From Candidatus Pacearchaeota archaeon (GTDB lineage: Archaea; Nanobdellota; Nanobdellia; Pacearchaeales; GW2011-AR1): DNA of 64,000 nucleotides. Position 1 is the first letter of the stretch, and every line of letters begins with the position of its first letter. A program made the position numbers and the translations under genes. This document shows, piece by piece, positions 52,070 through 61,325 of this stretch. Under the pieces are notes generated by a model that was not told the origin of the DNA, did not search any database, and saw nothing but the letters and a program-made list of their open reading frames with translations. The stretch spans positions 394,991-458,990 of the forward strand of contig JBAZNI010000001.1 in the NCBI GenBank assembly GCA_041649295.1, written 5' to 3'.

Positions 52070-52367
52070 GCCTCGGTAGCTCAGCAGGTAGAGCGAACGG
52101 CTGTAAGACAAGAAGGTTGAATTAGTGAAAAAATACTTCATAAGTTAGCAGCTTCCGAAAGAAATTCCGGAATGAAAAGCGAGTAAATTCAGGGAAACCC
52201 TACATTAAAGATGAGGGCAATCCTGAGCCAAGCCAGAAATGGAAGGTGCAGAGACTAGACACTCGCCACCTAAAGCAAAAAGCTATGGTGATGGGATAGT
52301 CCTACCCTCTAAGGAATTAGAGAAGGTTGTAACCGTTAGGTCAGAGGTTCGAGTCCTTTCCGAGGCG
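52070..52367 (+). tRNA. tRNA with a ~225-nt insertion/intron in the anticodon loop; anticodon GTA (Tyr) if spliced at 37/38, identity uncertain
   Basis: 5' part: GCCTCGG-TA-GCTC-AGCAGGTA-GAGC-G-AACGG-CTGTAA (52070..52106). 3' part: A-CCGTT-AGGTC-AGAGG-TTCGAGT-CCTTT-CCGAGGC-G (52332..52367). G1:C72 and G73 are not what is recalled for archaeal tRNA-Tyr. I could not draw a canonical bulge-helix-bulge. Confidence 0.6.
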
Positions 52368-52914
52368 TAATCCTAAAAGGTACTACGCCCTAATTTCTGC
52401 AAAAGGTTTATTAAGATAATATTTTCTAAGGTTCAATGACAATTAAAGGATTACCAAATAGAGAATGGAATGGGGTACTTTATATACCATGTAAAGCAAT
52501 TCAGCTAACAGTTTTTAGTGAAACTGATAAAAGAATTTTGAGATTAATCGCACCATATAAGAGGGATAAAGAAAGACTTAAGGAAAAAAGAATTGAAGAA
52601 TTAATTTCTAATCCTGCCCTAGTGGGATATCCTGGAACTACAACCCATAGAATGATGTTAATAGATGAATTAAAAGATAATGATTTTTTGCCGATTTCAC
52701 ATCAATTACTAGACAGAAACCAAGAATATAAAGTTGATGGTATGGGTTTTGTTGCTGTTAATTTTAATAGAAAGCATGCTATTGGATATGGAAGTAGTGG
52801 CGAGTTTGGTCTTGGAATAAATGAAGAACATTTAGCTCAAGTCTTTTCTGAACTTCCTAAATGGACTTATGAATTTAGATAGTTTGTGCCCCTCACTTTC
52901 CCCTTTTAGGATTA
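52368..52914. mobile_element. 547-bp cassette with 13-bp perfect terminal inverted repeats, flanked by a 10-bp duplication of the tRNA 3' end
   Basis: Left inverted repeat taatcctaaaagg (52368..52380); right inverted repeat ccttttaggatta (52902..52914). The direct repeat tttccgaggc occurs at 52357..52366 (inside the tRNA) and at 52919..52928. Confidence 0.6.
52436..52882 (+). CDS. hypothetical protein (148 aa), sole ORF of the inverted-repeat cassette
   Basis: ORF. No motif recognised. Confidence 0.5.
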   Translation: MTIKGLPNREWNGVLYIPCKAIQLTVFSETDKRILRLIAPYKRDKERLKEKRIEELISNPALVGYPGTTTHRMMLIDELKDNDFLPISHQLLDRNQEYKVDGMGFVAVNFNRKHAIGYGSSGEFGLGINEEHLAQVFSELPKWTYEFR

Positions 52915-53001
52915 AGTTTTTCCGAGGCATTTTATATTCATAGCAAACTTTCTTAAAATGTAAAGTAAATAAATATTTAAAAATGGTGCATTTCTACAAA
53001 A

Positions 53002-53283
53002 ATGATGATTAAAGAAGAAATAGTACCTGCAAGCAAATATGTTAAGATAAATATCGGTAATTCTTTAAGGACTAAAAGGGAAGCTATTGAGGCAAATTTT
53101 GGAAGGAGAGCAATTATTACTTATAGAAATTTAGGTTCAAAAATACTTGAAGGGCCTATTTGTCTCTTTGAAGGTAGAAACGGTAGAACTAGCTCGGCTC
53201 GCTTTGGTATTGGGTTTAAACCATATCGAAGCATTATTGACTATGAAGACTTAATAGAATTATTGGTACGCCCGAAGGATTGA
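53002..53283 (+). CDS. hypothetical protein (93 aa orphan)
   Basis: ORF only. Confidence 0.45.
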   Translation: MMIKEEIVPASKYVKINIGNSLRTKREAIEANFGRRAIITYRNLGSKILEGPICLFEGRNGRTSSARFGIGFKPYRSIIDYEDLIELLVRPKD

Positions 53284-53373
53284 TTGCTTTTTTTATTTCT
53301 TACTATTTTTGATAAGATAATAAAAGATTTAAAAATAAGTGGTTAAAGCCCTTGCAAGAAATCCAATTACTTT

Positions 53374-53447
53374 AGTTGTTGGATGAATTGCAACAACTAT
53401 TTATTTCTAGAATAATTATAATCAGTGAGCGAATTACCGCTCACTGA
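53374..53447 (+). mobile_element. IS200/IS605-type subterminal hairpins (left-end remnant)
   Basis: agttgttg-N9-caacaact (53374..53398) and tcagtgagcg-aattac-cgctcactga (53422..53447, 10-bp perfect stem), immediately upstream of the tnpA fragment. Confidence 0.5.
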
Positions 53448-53529
53448 GATCTTACTTCCACTAGGAAGATAAGATTTCTTTTAACTAAATAAATCTTTGC
53501 TTTTGCGTAGCAAGAGCTGTGGAGAAAAA

Positions 53530-53697
53530 ATGTATCAGCACTACAACACATCAGTAGGAAACAATCTAAAACACATACAAATAACAACAAAGTATAGATA
53601 TAAAGTTTTGAATCAGGAAAAACTGCAGGTTCTTTGCAAAGTTGCAATCGAAGAAACATGCAAGAGACATAAGATAAATATTGTAATTTTCTTATAA
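53530..53697 (+). pseudogene. tnpA: truncated IS200/IS605 TnpA (Y1/HUH transposase) N-terminal fragment
   Basis: MYQHYNTSVGNNLKHIQITTKYRYKVLNQEKLQVLCKVAIEETCKRHKINIVIFL* matches the y.l.yHivf.tKYRrkvl... N-terminus. It stops before the HUH motif. Confidence 0.6.
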
Positions 53698-53729
53698 AAC
53701 TTTAAATAACTTATTAGACTAAAGATATT

Positions 53730-54170
53730 ATGAAAGGAAAGAGGGTGAAAAGTGGCAGAAAGTGCGCTGATAACTTGCATAAAGATTTTGTTAAAATTCT
53801 TTTGAAATCTCCTGTTACAAATATTAAATTTAATAAAAATAGAGTTTCTTTGGATTTTGTTAATCATAGAATTTCAGATAAGATTACGATTAAAAGAGAA
53901 GCGCATGTTGCAGAGTGGAGCAGAAAGAGGAGAGAAATTTTTATAGATAAAAAGTTTGGCGAAGATGAAAAGGAAAAATCATTCAGAGCTTTGTGCATTC
54001 ATGAAGTAGTAGAAAGATTTTTAGTTAAAAAATTTGGGCTTAAACTTGATGAAGAAGCCCATATTGTCGCAACACAGAAAGAAAAAGATTATTTAAAAAG
54101 TGTAAAAGGAAACTGGAGAAGCCACGAATTAAAAGTTTTTTGGGACTGGCATAAACTAGGAGAGCGCTGA
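53730..54170 (+). CDS. hypothetical basic protein (146 aa) with a CIHEVVERF motif
   Basis: ORF. The HExxE-like motif might bind metal. Its stop overlaps the next start. Confidence 0.45.
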   Translation: MKGKRVKSGRKCADNLHKDFVKILLKSPVTNIKFNKNRVSLDFVNHRISDKITIKREAHVAEWSRKRREIFIDKKFGEDEKEKSFRALCIHEVVERFLVKKFGLKLDEEAHIVATQKEKDYLKSVKGNWRSHELKVFWDWHKLGER

Positions 54171-54880
54171 TGGAATTTGAAAAAGTAAAAATTAATAAGA
54201 ACTTCTTTTACTGGACATGGAGAGATTTGCCTTTTTTACCTTATGCCTGGTTATATGAAAAAGATTTGAAAAAACTTCCAAAACCATTTATTCTTACAGA
54301 AATACATCCAGATTGCTCTATTGGATTTGAAACAGAAGAAAGAGAGGAATTTACAAATATAATAAAATTACCTAGTAGTTTTGATAATTTAAATTTAGAT
54401 AATGATTTAAGAAAAGATTTAAGAAGAGTTGAAAAAAAGAATGCAGATGTGAAATTAGTTTACAATGAAAAAGATGCTTTAGACAAAAGCAAAAAATGGT
54501 TTTTAGAGCTTTGGAAAGAAAATAAAAAAGATTTTGAAAGAAGAATGGAAATCTGGAAAGAAAAATGCTACACTATAAGTGCTTATCTTAATGGTGAGTT
54601 AATAGCTGTTCATATTGGAATGAGAGAAAAAGACACAGTATTTTATCTTGGGTGCTGGTGGGATAGAAAGTACAAATCACTTTCCACACCTATTTTCCTG
54701 CTTAAGAAAGATATAGAAAAAGCAATAAGCCAGGGAATTAAATATTATGACTTGGAAATTGGAGACCAGCCTTATAAGAAAAAATGGGGAGTTATTGAAA
54801 AACCAACAAAATACTATGCAGTTCTTACTAAAAAACTTGCAGATTATCTTGGCATAGAAAAGTATGTCGAAATGAGGTAA
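54170..54880 (+). CDS. CelD/BioF2-like GNAT-fold acyltransferase
   Basis: C-terminal YYDLEIGDQPYKKKWG resembles the fDfg.Gde.YK..w signature of the Acetyltransf_6/CelD family. Confidence 0.55.
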   Translation: MEFEKVKINKNFFYWTWRDLPFLPYAWLYEKDLKKLPKPFILTEIHPDCSIGFETEEREEFTNIIKLPSSFDNLNLDNDLRKDLRRVEKKNADVKLVYNEKDALDKSKKWFLELWKENKKDFERRMEIWKEKCYTISAYLNGELIAVHIGMREKDTVFYLGCWWDRKYKSLSTPIFLLKKDIEKAISQGIKYYDLEIGDQPYKKKWGVIEKPTKYYAVLTKKLADYLGIEKYVEMR

Positions 54881-54931
54881 ATATATTTTCTATTAAACAA
54901 ATATTTATTAACTAAGAATCTGAGGAATGTT

Positions 54932-55447
54932 ATGGGCAGAGTTGTCTTAAATGGAGAGAAGTATTCTGGAGAATTTGATGGGGAAGTAGATAGCAATTAT
55001 GAAAGAGATAATGATTATTATAGTAATCATGAAGGAGAGTGCAAAGGAACTTTTCAATGGAAAGGCCAAGGGAGAATAACCAATGGAGATGCTGAAATTT
55101 GTTTTTTGTTTAGAACTGATAGAAGGACTTATGGCGGATATGAACGTTCATATGAATCCTGTCTTAAGGAGTTTCCTTTACTGCCTGATTTTTTGTGTCC
55201 GATAAAAGAAGTTTTATATCCCGATAGATTTAATAAATTTGATAAATCAAGAGTCGTTGGTTTGCCACGACTTATAGATAAAAGTTTGTCAGACATTTTT
55301 AAAAATGCAAGCAAACAAAAAAAAGATAGAGGAGTAATTATCCCCAATGTTTGTTTGCCTGTTAAAACTTTTTCAGTTGAACAGTTAGTTGCTGATGGAA
55401 TAATATGTGAAGATTCTGGACAAATTCAGCTGGCCTTTGCTAGTTAA
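54932..55447 (+). CDS. hypothetical protein (171 aa)
   Basis: ORF only. Confidence 0.45.
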   Translation: MGRVVLNGEKYSGEFDGEVDSNYERDNDYYSNHEGECKGTFQWKGQGRITNGDAEICFLFRTDRRTYGGYERSYESCLKEFPLLPDFLCPIKEVLYPDRFNKFDKSRVVGLPRLIDKSLSDIFKNASKQKKDRGVIIPNVCLPVKTFSVEQLVADGIICEDSGQIQLAFAS

Positions 55448-55803
55448 AAGTATTATAATATTTATTAACACCTTTTCTAAAAAATTTAATAGTAATAGTT
55501 AATGAATTTATAAGGGATATATAAGATGCGGGAAGAAAGCGGGGAATAGCGACTAAGTATTTAAAGATAAGGGGATAGTTAAAAAAGAAAATACCATATT
55601 CACAGAAGTACGCGGAAATATTAAAAAGTTTTTAGATTCTTTGCCAGAAGAAGAAATGTAAATGTTTGCACAGGCATATTACGAAGTTGGACTTAATGAC
55701 GAAGCGCAACAGTTAAGAGAAAGGTATCTCGATTTAATGAGATATTTCTCTTCTTCTGATGAATACTAGAATATTTTAAAAACCCTTAATTCTTAATAGA
55801 TGT

Positions 55804-56400
55804 ATGAATAAAAAAGGGTTGATAGGAAAGTTAATTATTTTTTTGATAATAATTATTCTTATATTAGTGATATTAGTTGCTGTCGTGGGGTATTATCTAC
55901 TTTTTTCTAACCAACATATTTGTATGGGAGAGTTTAGTGTTTGGGAATATAATGATAACACTAATTTATGTGAAGAAGGTAAAGTTCGCGGGTGCGTTAT
56001 CTCTGAAGATGTTTTTCTTACAAAACAGGAATGTGAAAATGCTAATATTTTTGAGAATGTGAACTGTGCAAGGCAAGGAGAAGTGTTTGACTCATTTAAT
56101 TCATCAGATAATTTGCCAGATGCCTGTTGCTCAGGATTGATAGATGTTTCAAAACCAGATACAATCTCTATTGCTGATAAGTGCTATTGGGATGGATTAG
56201 CAAGTGGATGGCCTTTTAGTGGAGTTTGCTCTGACTGTGGAAATGGTGTTTGTGAAGATGTTGAAAGTGTATGTGGATGCCTGAAAGATTGTGGCGCTGA
56301 AAATTCAGATTATATTGCTATTCAGGATTTTTGTGATAATGGGTATGATTTATATTGCAATAAAGGTTTGTCTGATTTACCTATTTGTAGCCTTTGTTGA
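55804..56400 (+). CDS. secreted Cys-rich protein (198 aa)
   Basis: N-terminal TM/signal LIGKLIIFLIIIILILVILVAVV. About 20 Cys in the ectodomain. Confidence 0.6.
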   Translation: MNKKGLIGKLIIFLIIIILILVILVAVVGYYLLFSNQHICMGEFSVWEYNDNTNLCEEGKVRGCVISEDVFLTKQECENANIFENVNCARQGEVFDSFNSSDNLPDACCSGLIDVSKPDTISIADKCYWDGLASGWPFSGVCSDCGNGVCEDVESVCGCLKDCGAENSDYIAIQDFCDNGYDLYCNKGLSDLPICSLC

Positions 56401-56450
56401 ATTTTATTTTAACTCATTAATTTTATAAAGAGAGAATTCTTAGTTCTTCT

Positions 56451-57011
56451 ATGCAATTAGACAAGGCAATTTACGAAAGAAGAAGCATAAGAAGATTTCA
56501 TCCTCGAAAGCCAGATTGGAGAAAAATTCTAGAAGCTATTGATGCTGCCCGGCAGGCACCTGCTGCAGGAAACCTTCATTGCTTAAAATTTATCCTTGTT
56601 GATGACCCAGATAAAATTGAACGAATCGGAAAGGCATGTCTGCAGCAATTTGTTTCAACAGCAAATTATATTGTTGTTGTTTGTTCAGACCCTACAGAGG
56701 TAATAAGAAGTTATGATGAAAGAGGAGAAATATATATAAAGCAGCAAGCAGGAGCTGCAATTGAAAATTTTTTATTAAAAATAACAGATTTAGGATTAGG
56801 AAGCTGTTGGATAGGAGCTTTTGTTGATGAGCAAGTTAAAACTGCATTAAGAATTCCTGAGAATATAAATGTAGAAGCTTTATTGCCTGTCGGATATCCG
56901 ATGAATAAACCTGTAAGAGTGCCAAAAAAAGCAAATATCGACAAGTTTGTTTATTTTAATCTATGGAATAATAAGTATATGAAACCAATTATTGCTGTTG
57001 AACCTGTTTAA
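56451..57011 (+). CDS. nitroreductase-family FMN oxidoreductase
   Basis: RRSIRRF near the N-terminus, later GSCWIGAF. 186 aa. Confidence 0.8.
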   Translation: MQLDKAIYERRSIRRFHPRKPDWRKILEAIDAARQAPAAGNLHCLKFILVDDPDKIERIGKACLQQFVSTANYIVVVCSDPTEVIRSYDERGEIYIKQQAGAAIENFLLKITDLGLGSCWIGAFVDEQVKTALRIPENINVEALLPVGYPMNKPVRVPKKANIDKFVYFNLWNNKYMKPIIAVEPV

Positions 57012-57180
57012 ATTTACTTTTGATTAATGTGAATGAAATCTAGGGGTTAATAATCCCCTCTGCCCGACTTTATGTTTTGTTAACGGCAGTTTTTGTATAA
57101 TAAGTATAAAGATAAGATAAAACAGTGTATATCATAGAAAAATTTTCTTTACATTAAGTAAGTGCGAGTGTTAATTTCTT

Positions 57181-58281
57181 TTAAAGGGCATATCTCAATA
57201 GTGCGCCTATCCCGCCCAAATTCAGGAATTGCTCCCCTTCTCCTGTTTCATTGCTGACAAAATTAATTGCTGTTCCCATTTTATCCGCAATTACTGTAAG
57301 TTCCCTTATTTTTCCTTTTTCAAGTTTCTTAGATAATATTAATGTTTGAACAGCTCCAACCTCAAGAGCTTTAATTATTTCTTTTTCTTTATATAGAGCT
57401 TTGTCTGGATTTTTTCCAAGTTTATTAAAGAATTCTTCTAAAAGTTTTTTTTCTTTTGTTATCTCTAATTCTTTTAAATCATCTTTTGCAGCTTCCACAA
57501 GTAATTTTAACCCATGTTCGTCTGCATACCCAATATCCTTTACTGCTATAACTTTATTTTTTAGAGCAGTTACTAATTGCCCTTCTTCTAAAAATTCTTC
57601 TTTTGTTGGTATTGGGCCTCCAACTAAAATCCCTTTTAACCTAGTCATTTCAAAAAAATGTTTTTTCATTTCTTCAGCAACTCTCCGAAAGAAATCTTTT
57701 GCAAGCCCTTCTGTTATTCTGTGAAAACGCTGAGATGATTGGCCACCCGCCCTTATTTTTCCAGGAACACCTGATGTTAATTTTTGAAGAACTTTTATTT
57801 GAGTTCCATCTAATAATCCAATTGTAGCTTCTTTTCTTTCAATTACTAATAGTCCATATAACTCGCCGTCATTTAGCATTTCTTTAAGGGGCTCTATTAC
57901 AAATTCCTGATCGCACCGATAACTCCTTACTTTCATTGGTTTTATAGGTTCAATAACAAAAAACTGAATGTCTGGTTTTCCTTCATCTTTTGAGGTGTTG
58001 CCACAGAAAATTGCGAGTCCTTTTTTATACTTTTGAGGGCCTAATCTTAGTTCTCTTATTATCTTTTCAAGAGCTTCAATAACATTGTTTCTTGTTGTTC
58101 TGCTTTTAATATTGTTTGCTGTTGATTTTTCCGCTTCTAATTGCTTTGTTATTTCATTTACATTAAAATCAGCAGGTATCAAAACAGTTACTAACTCTGT
58201 ATGCCTTCCTCTAAAGGACTCTATTTTTTCTACAAAGTCCTTAAAATCCATCATTTGTTTTTGGGATATTTCTTCTTCCAT
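57181..58281 (-). CDS. prf1: peptide chain release factor aRF1
   Basis: NIKS codon-recognition motif (TANNIKSRTT) and GGQ motif (RAGGQSSQRF). Confidence 0.9.
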   Translation of the reverse strand: MEEEISQKQMMDFKDFVEKIESFRGRHTELVTVLIPADFNVNEITKQLEAEKSTANNIKSRTTRNNVIEALEKIIRELRLGPQKYKKGLAIFCGNTSKDEGKPDIQFFVIEPIKPMKVRSYRCDQEFVIEPLKEMLNDGELYGLLVIERKEATIGLLDGTQIKVLQKLTSGVPGKIRAGGQSSQRFHRITEGLAKDFFRRVAEEMKKHFFEMTRLKGILVGGPIPTKEEFLEEGQLVTALKNKVIAVKDIGYADEHGLKLLVEAAKDDLKELEITKEKKLLEEFFNKLGKNPDKALYKEKEIIKALEVGAVQTLILSKKLEKGKIRELTVIADKMGTAINFVSNETGEGEQFLNLGGIGALLRYAL

Positions 58282-58335
58282 TTTAGTTATATTTTATATT
58301 AAACAATAAATAAAAATGAGTTAATAAGTTTTGTG

Positions 58336-60717
58336 TCAAATTTTATGACATGCTATTAAATCTTTTTCAAAATCTTTTAGTTCTTTAGGGATTTTAATAT
58401 TGCTGATTGGTTCTCTTAATGAGATTCCTTTTTCTTTTTTTATTTTCCAGACTTCTGAATTAAATTCCATTATTTTTTTAACAAGCTTTGTATCTGATTT
58501 TCCAAGTTTTGCTTCTGGGAAGGTTTCTTTTAATAGATTAATTCCTTTTTCATTTGCAATTATTGCGGTTATTTGGGGGGTTATTGGATATAAAAGAGTT
58601 ATTAGTCTTTCAAGCAAGAAATGCAATGTGTATTTTGCAGACTCGCTTTCTTCTGCTGAAAAGTTCTTTTCCTGATTATAAGCCCTATTTTTTACAAGTT
58701 CAATATAATGTGATGCAAATGTTTCCCATAAAAATTCTCTTAGTTTTAGAGCAGGATTATGAAAGTCATATTCTTCATAATCTTTGTCAAATTCCTTTGT
58801 AAATTCTTCAATATAATCTATAAATAATTTGTCAAATTCTGTTAGTTTTACTTTTTTTGGTTTTGGAAATTGCATAACAAATCTAGATACATTCAGCAGT
58901 TTGTTAATTGTTTTTAATTCTGCAGCTATTTTTTCTTTTGAGCATGCCAAGTCTTTTTTTGAAATATCTCCTTCAATTACACTCCACAGCCTGATTGCTT
59001 CTGCACCATATTCTTTTAATAATTCTTGAGGATTAATTACATTTCCTAAAGATTTTGACATTTTCCTTCCACTTCCATCTAAAATGTGCTGGTGAATCCA
59101 CGCATCTTTGAAGCAAAGTTTTCCTGTTTCAAGATATCCTCTTAAAATAGTATAATACAACCAGGTTCTTACTATTTCTTTTCCTTGGGGACGTAAAGTA
59201 GCAGGGTATGCCTTATTGAAAAACTCGTTGTCTGATTTGTATTTTAAAATATAAAGTTCTGAAATTGATGAATCCATCCATGTATCAAAAACCCTTTCTT
59301 CTCCAATAAATTTTTTATTTTTAAAATCAGATAAATCTCCAATTTTCTTTCCATTTTGATAAACTTCAGCATCTTTTGGAGGTTCTTCGCTCCACGGGGC
59401 ATAATACTTTCCTTGTTTTGGCAAGACTATTAATTTTTTGTCTTCTGAGTGCCATAAAGGTATAGGTGTTGCATAAAATCTTCTTCTTGAAATTGGCCAG
59501 TCAATTGAAACTGAATCAATCCAGTCATCTAGTATTTTTCTTGTTTCTTCTGGATAAAAATTAAGAGCCTTGGATATTTTTTTGATTTCTTTCTTAAATT
59601 CTAACTGCTTTAAATAAAACTCAGGCATTTCAATAAATTCAACTTCTGATTTTGAACGTTCAGAAATCGGGGTTCTGTGTGAAATCTTTTCTTGTTTAAC
59701 TAAAATATTTTTTTCTTTCAGCAATTCGATTATTTTTTCCCTTGCTTTTTTTACTTTTAATCCTTTTAAAATTCCTGCATTTTCATTCATTGTTCCGTCT
59801 TTGTTAATTGCTATTACTGGTGTAAGGTTTTGTTCTCTGAAAAATTGGATATCTGATAAATCTCCTGCTGAACACATCATAACTATTCCCGTTCCTTTTT
59901 CTATATCTGCTAATGGGTGAGATTTTATTGGTATTTCTTTATTAAAAATAGGAGAGATTGCTGTTTTTCCCTCTAAACTTTTGTATCTTTCATCTTTTGG
60001 ATTAAAAATAACCATTCCGCAAGTGCATGTTAATTCTGGGCGGGTTGTTGCAATTATAATTTCTTTATTTGTTCCTTTTATTTTCCATTTTATACTGTTA
60101 AAAGTTGAAGGTATGTCTTTGTATTCTATTTCTGAATCTGCAATTGTTGTTTGTAATTCTGGGTCCCAGTTATTTATTCTTTTGTCTTCATAGATTAAGC
60201 CCTTTTTGTACAGCTCAATAAAAGTTGCCTGTGTTAGCGCTCTGTATTCTGGAGAATCTGTAAGATAAACAGAGCCTATTTGATTTCCCTGCTTGTATGA
60301 GGTAAATGAAATGCCTAATTTTGCAAAAGTGTCTTGTGTTTCAGTTGAAGTTTCTTCTAAAAGTTTTTTGCAATATTCTATAAACTTTTTTCTCCCTACT
60401 TCAAAAGCAGATATTTTGAATTTTTTTTCTGCTCCCATTTCAATTGGTAGTCCATTTCTATCTAGCCCTAATGGGAAAACAACATCAAATCCTTTCATTC
60501 TTTTATATCTTGCAAAGAAATCCATATAACAATAAGTAATTGCCTGTCCAATATGAATAGGGGCATTAACATATGGCGGCGGGGTATCTATTGAATAAAT
60601 TGGATTTTTTGTTTTAGAATCAAATCTATATAACTCAAGTTTTTTCCATTCATCGGTTATTTTGCTTTCTGTTTCAACACTCCAGTTTTTCAACTCACTG
60701 AACTTTGGTATTGTCAT
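58336..60717 (-). CDS. valS: valyl-tRNA synthetase
   Basis: IDTPPPYVNAPIHIGQ (HIGH region), editing-domain TTRPEL...NPKDERY, and KMSKS. The pattern is closest to archaeal ValRS. Confidence 0.8.
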   Translation of the reverse strand: MTIPKFSELKNWSVETESKITDEWKKLELYRFDSKTKNPIYSIDTPPPYVNAPIHIGQAITYCYMDFFARYKRMKGFDVVFPLGLDRNGLPIEMGAEKKFKISAFEVGRKKFIEYCKKLLEETSTETQDTFAKLGISFTSYKQGNQIGSVYLTDSPEYRALTQATFIELYKKGLIYEDKRINNWDPELQTTIADSEIEYKDIPSTFNSIKWKIKGTNKEIIIATTRPELTCTCGMVIFNPKDERYKSLEGKTAISPIFNKEIPIKSHPLADIEKGTGIVMMCSAGDLSDIQFFREQNLTPVIAINKDGTMNENAGILKGLKVKKAREKIIELLKEKNILVKQEKISHRTPISERSKSEVEFIEMPEFYLKQLEFKKEIKKISKALNFYPEETRKILDDWIDSVSIDWPISRRRFYATPIPLWHSEDKKLIVLPKQGKYYAPWSEEPPKDAEVYQNGKKIGDLSDFKNKKFIGEERVFDTWMDSSISELYILKYKSDNEFFNKAYPATLRPQGKEIVRTWLYYTILRGYLETGKLCFKDAWIHQHILDGSGRKMSKSLGNVINPQELLKEYGAEAIRLWSVIEGDISKKDLACSKEKIAAELKTINKLLNVSRFVMQFPKPKKVKLTEFDKLFIDYIEEFTKEFDKDYEEYDFHNPALKLREFLWETFASHYIELVKNRAYNQEKNFSAEESESAKYTLHFLLERLITLLYPITPQITAIIANEKGINLLKETFPEAKLGKSDTKLVKKIMEFNSEVWKIKKEKGISLREPISNIKIPKELKDFEKDLIACHKI

Positions 60718-60804
60718 ATCTTTTTAAGGTAAAGACAGGTTAAAAAAGTTATTGTGTGTGTTTAGCACAATAATGTTTAAAAAGTCCAGGGGTAGTATAA
60801 AACT

Positions 60805-61158
60805 ATGTCAAGATTATATGCTTTTGATGTAGATAACGGGATGACTTATGTTGGTGTAAACAATCAGACAAACCCCGGGAAGTCAATTGATGATTTTCTA
60901 ATGGATTCTCATAGTTGGATAACTCTAAGAGATGCTGCAATGTTTAGAACAGAAGGGCAAATATTTAAAGAGAGTTCCAGAGATGGGCGTTCTATTGATC
61001 CTTTAAGTCTTGAGAAAGAGTTGCGTCTTAAGTGGGAAAATATCGTAGCTACCCAAAATATGACTACTACTCTTCATGATTCAGTTTGTGTTTCTTTAGC
61101 GCATATTGTAGCTGCTTATGATTTGGGAGTTGCAAGGCAATTCTCCAATCCTGATTAG
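60805..61158 (+). CDS. hypothetical protein (117 aa orphan)
   Basis: ORF only. Confidence 0.45.
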   Translation: MSRLYAFDVDNGMTYVGVNNQTNPGKSIDDFLMDSHSWITLRDAAMFRTEGQIFKESSRDGRSIDPLSLEKELRLKWENIVATQNMTTTLHDSVCVSLAHIVAAYDLGVARQFSNPD

Positions 61159-61325
61159 ATTTATTTTTAAGTTGTTTTCAAATTCATAAATTAACTTTAA
61201 TAAACCTTTTAAATAATACATTCATTATTTTATGCAACTAATAATACAAGAAAATTCTCAGGAATTAATCCAGATTATACTATTGATTGGTGTGATAACA
61301 AAGAAAAGGGGGATAATTATACCCT

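Noticed and set aside
52107-52331. C/D-box sRNA inside the long tRNA insert (agatgag...ctga; gtgatgg).
   Set aside because: The box-like strings deviate from RUGAUGA/CUGA, the spacing (8 nt) is wrong for a guide, and no terminal D box is present. It remains speculation only.
55448-55803. Short ORFs (for example the 35-codon 55662..55769) in the 356-bp gap before the Cys-rich secreted protein.
   Set aside because: They are fragmentary, with no start codon for the upstream frame and no motif. They probably represent decayed gene remnants and are mentioned only within the accessory-region finding.
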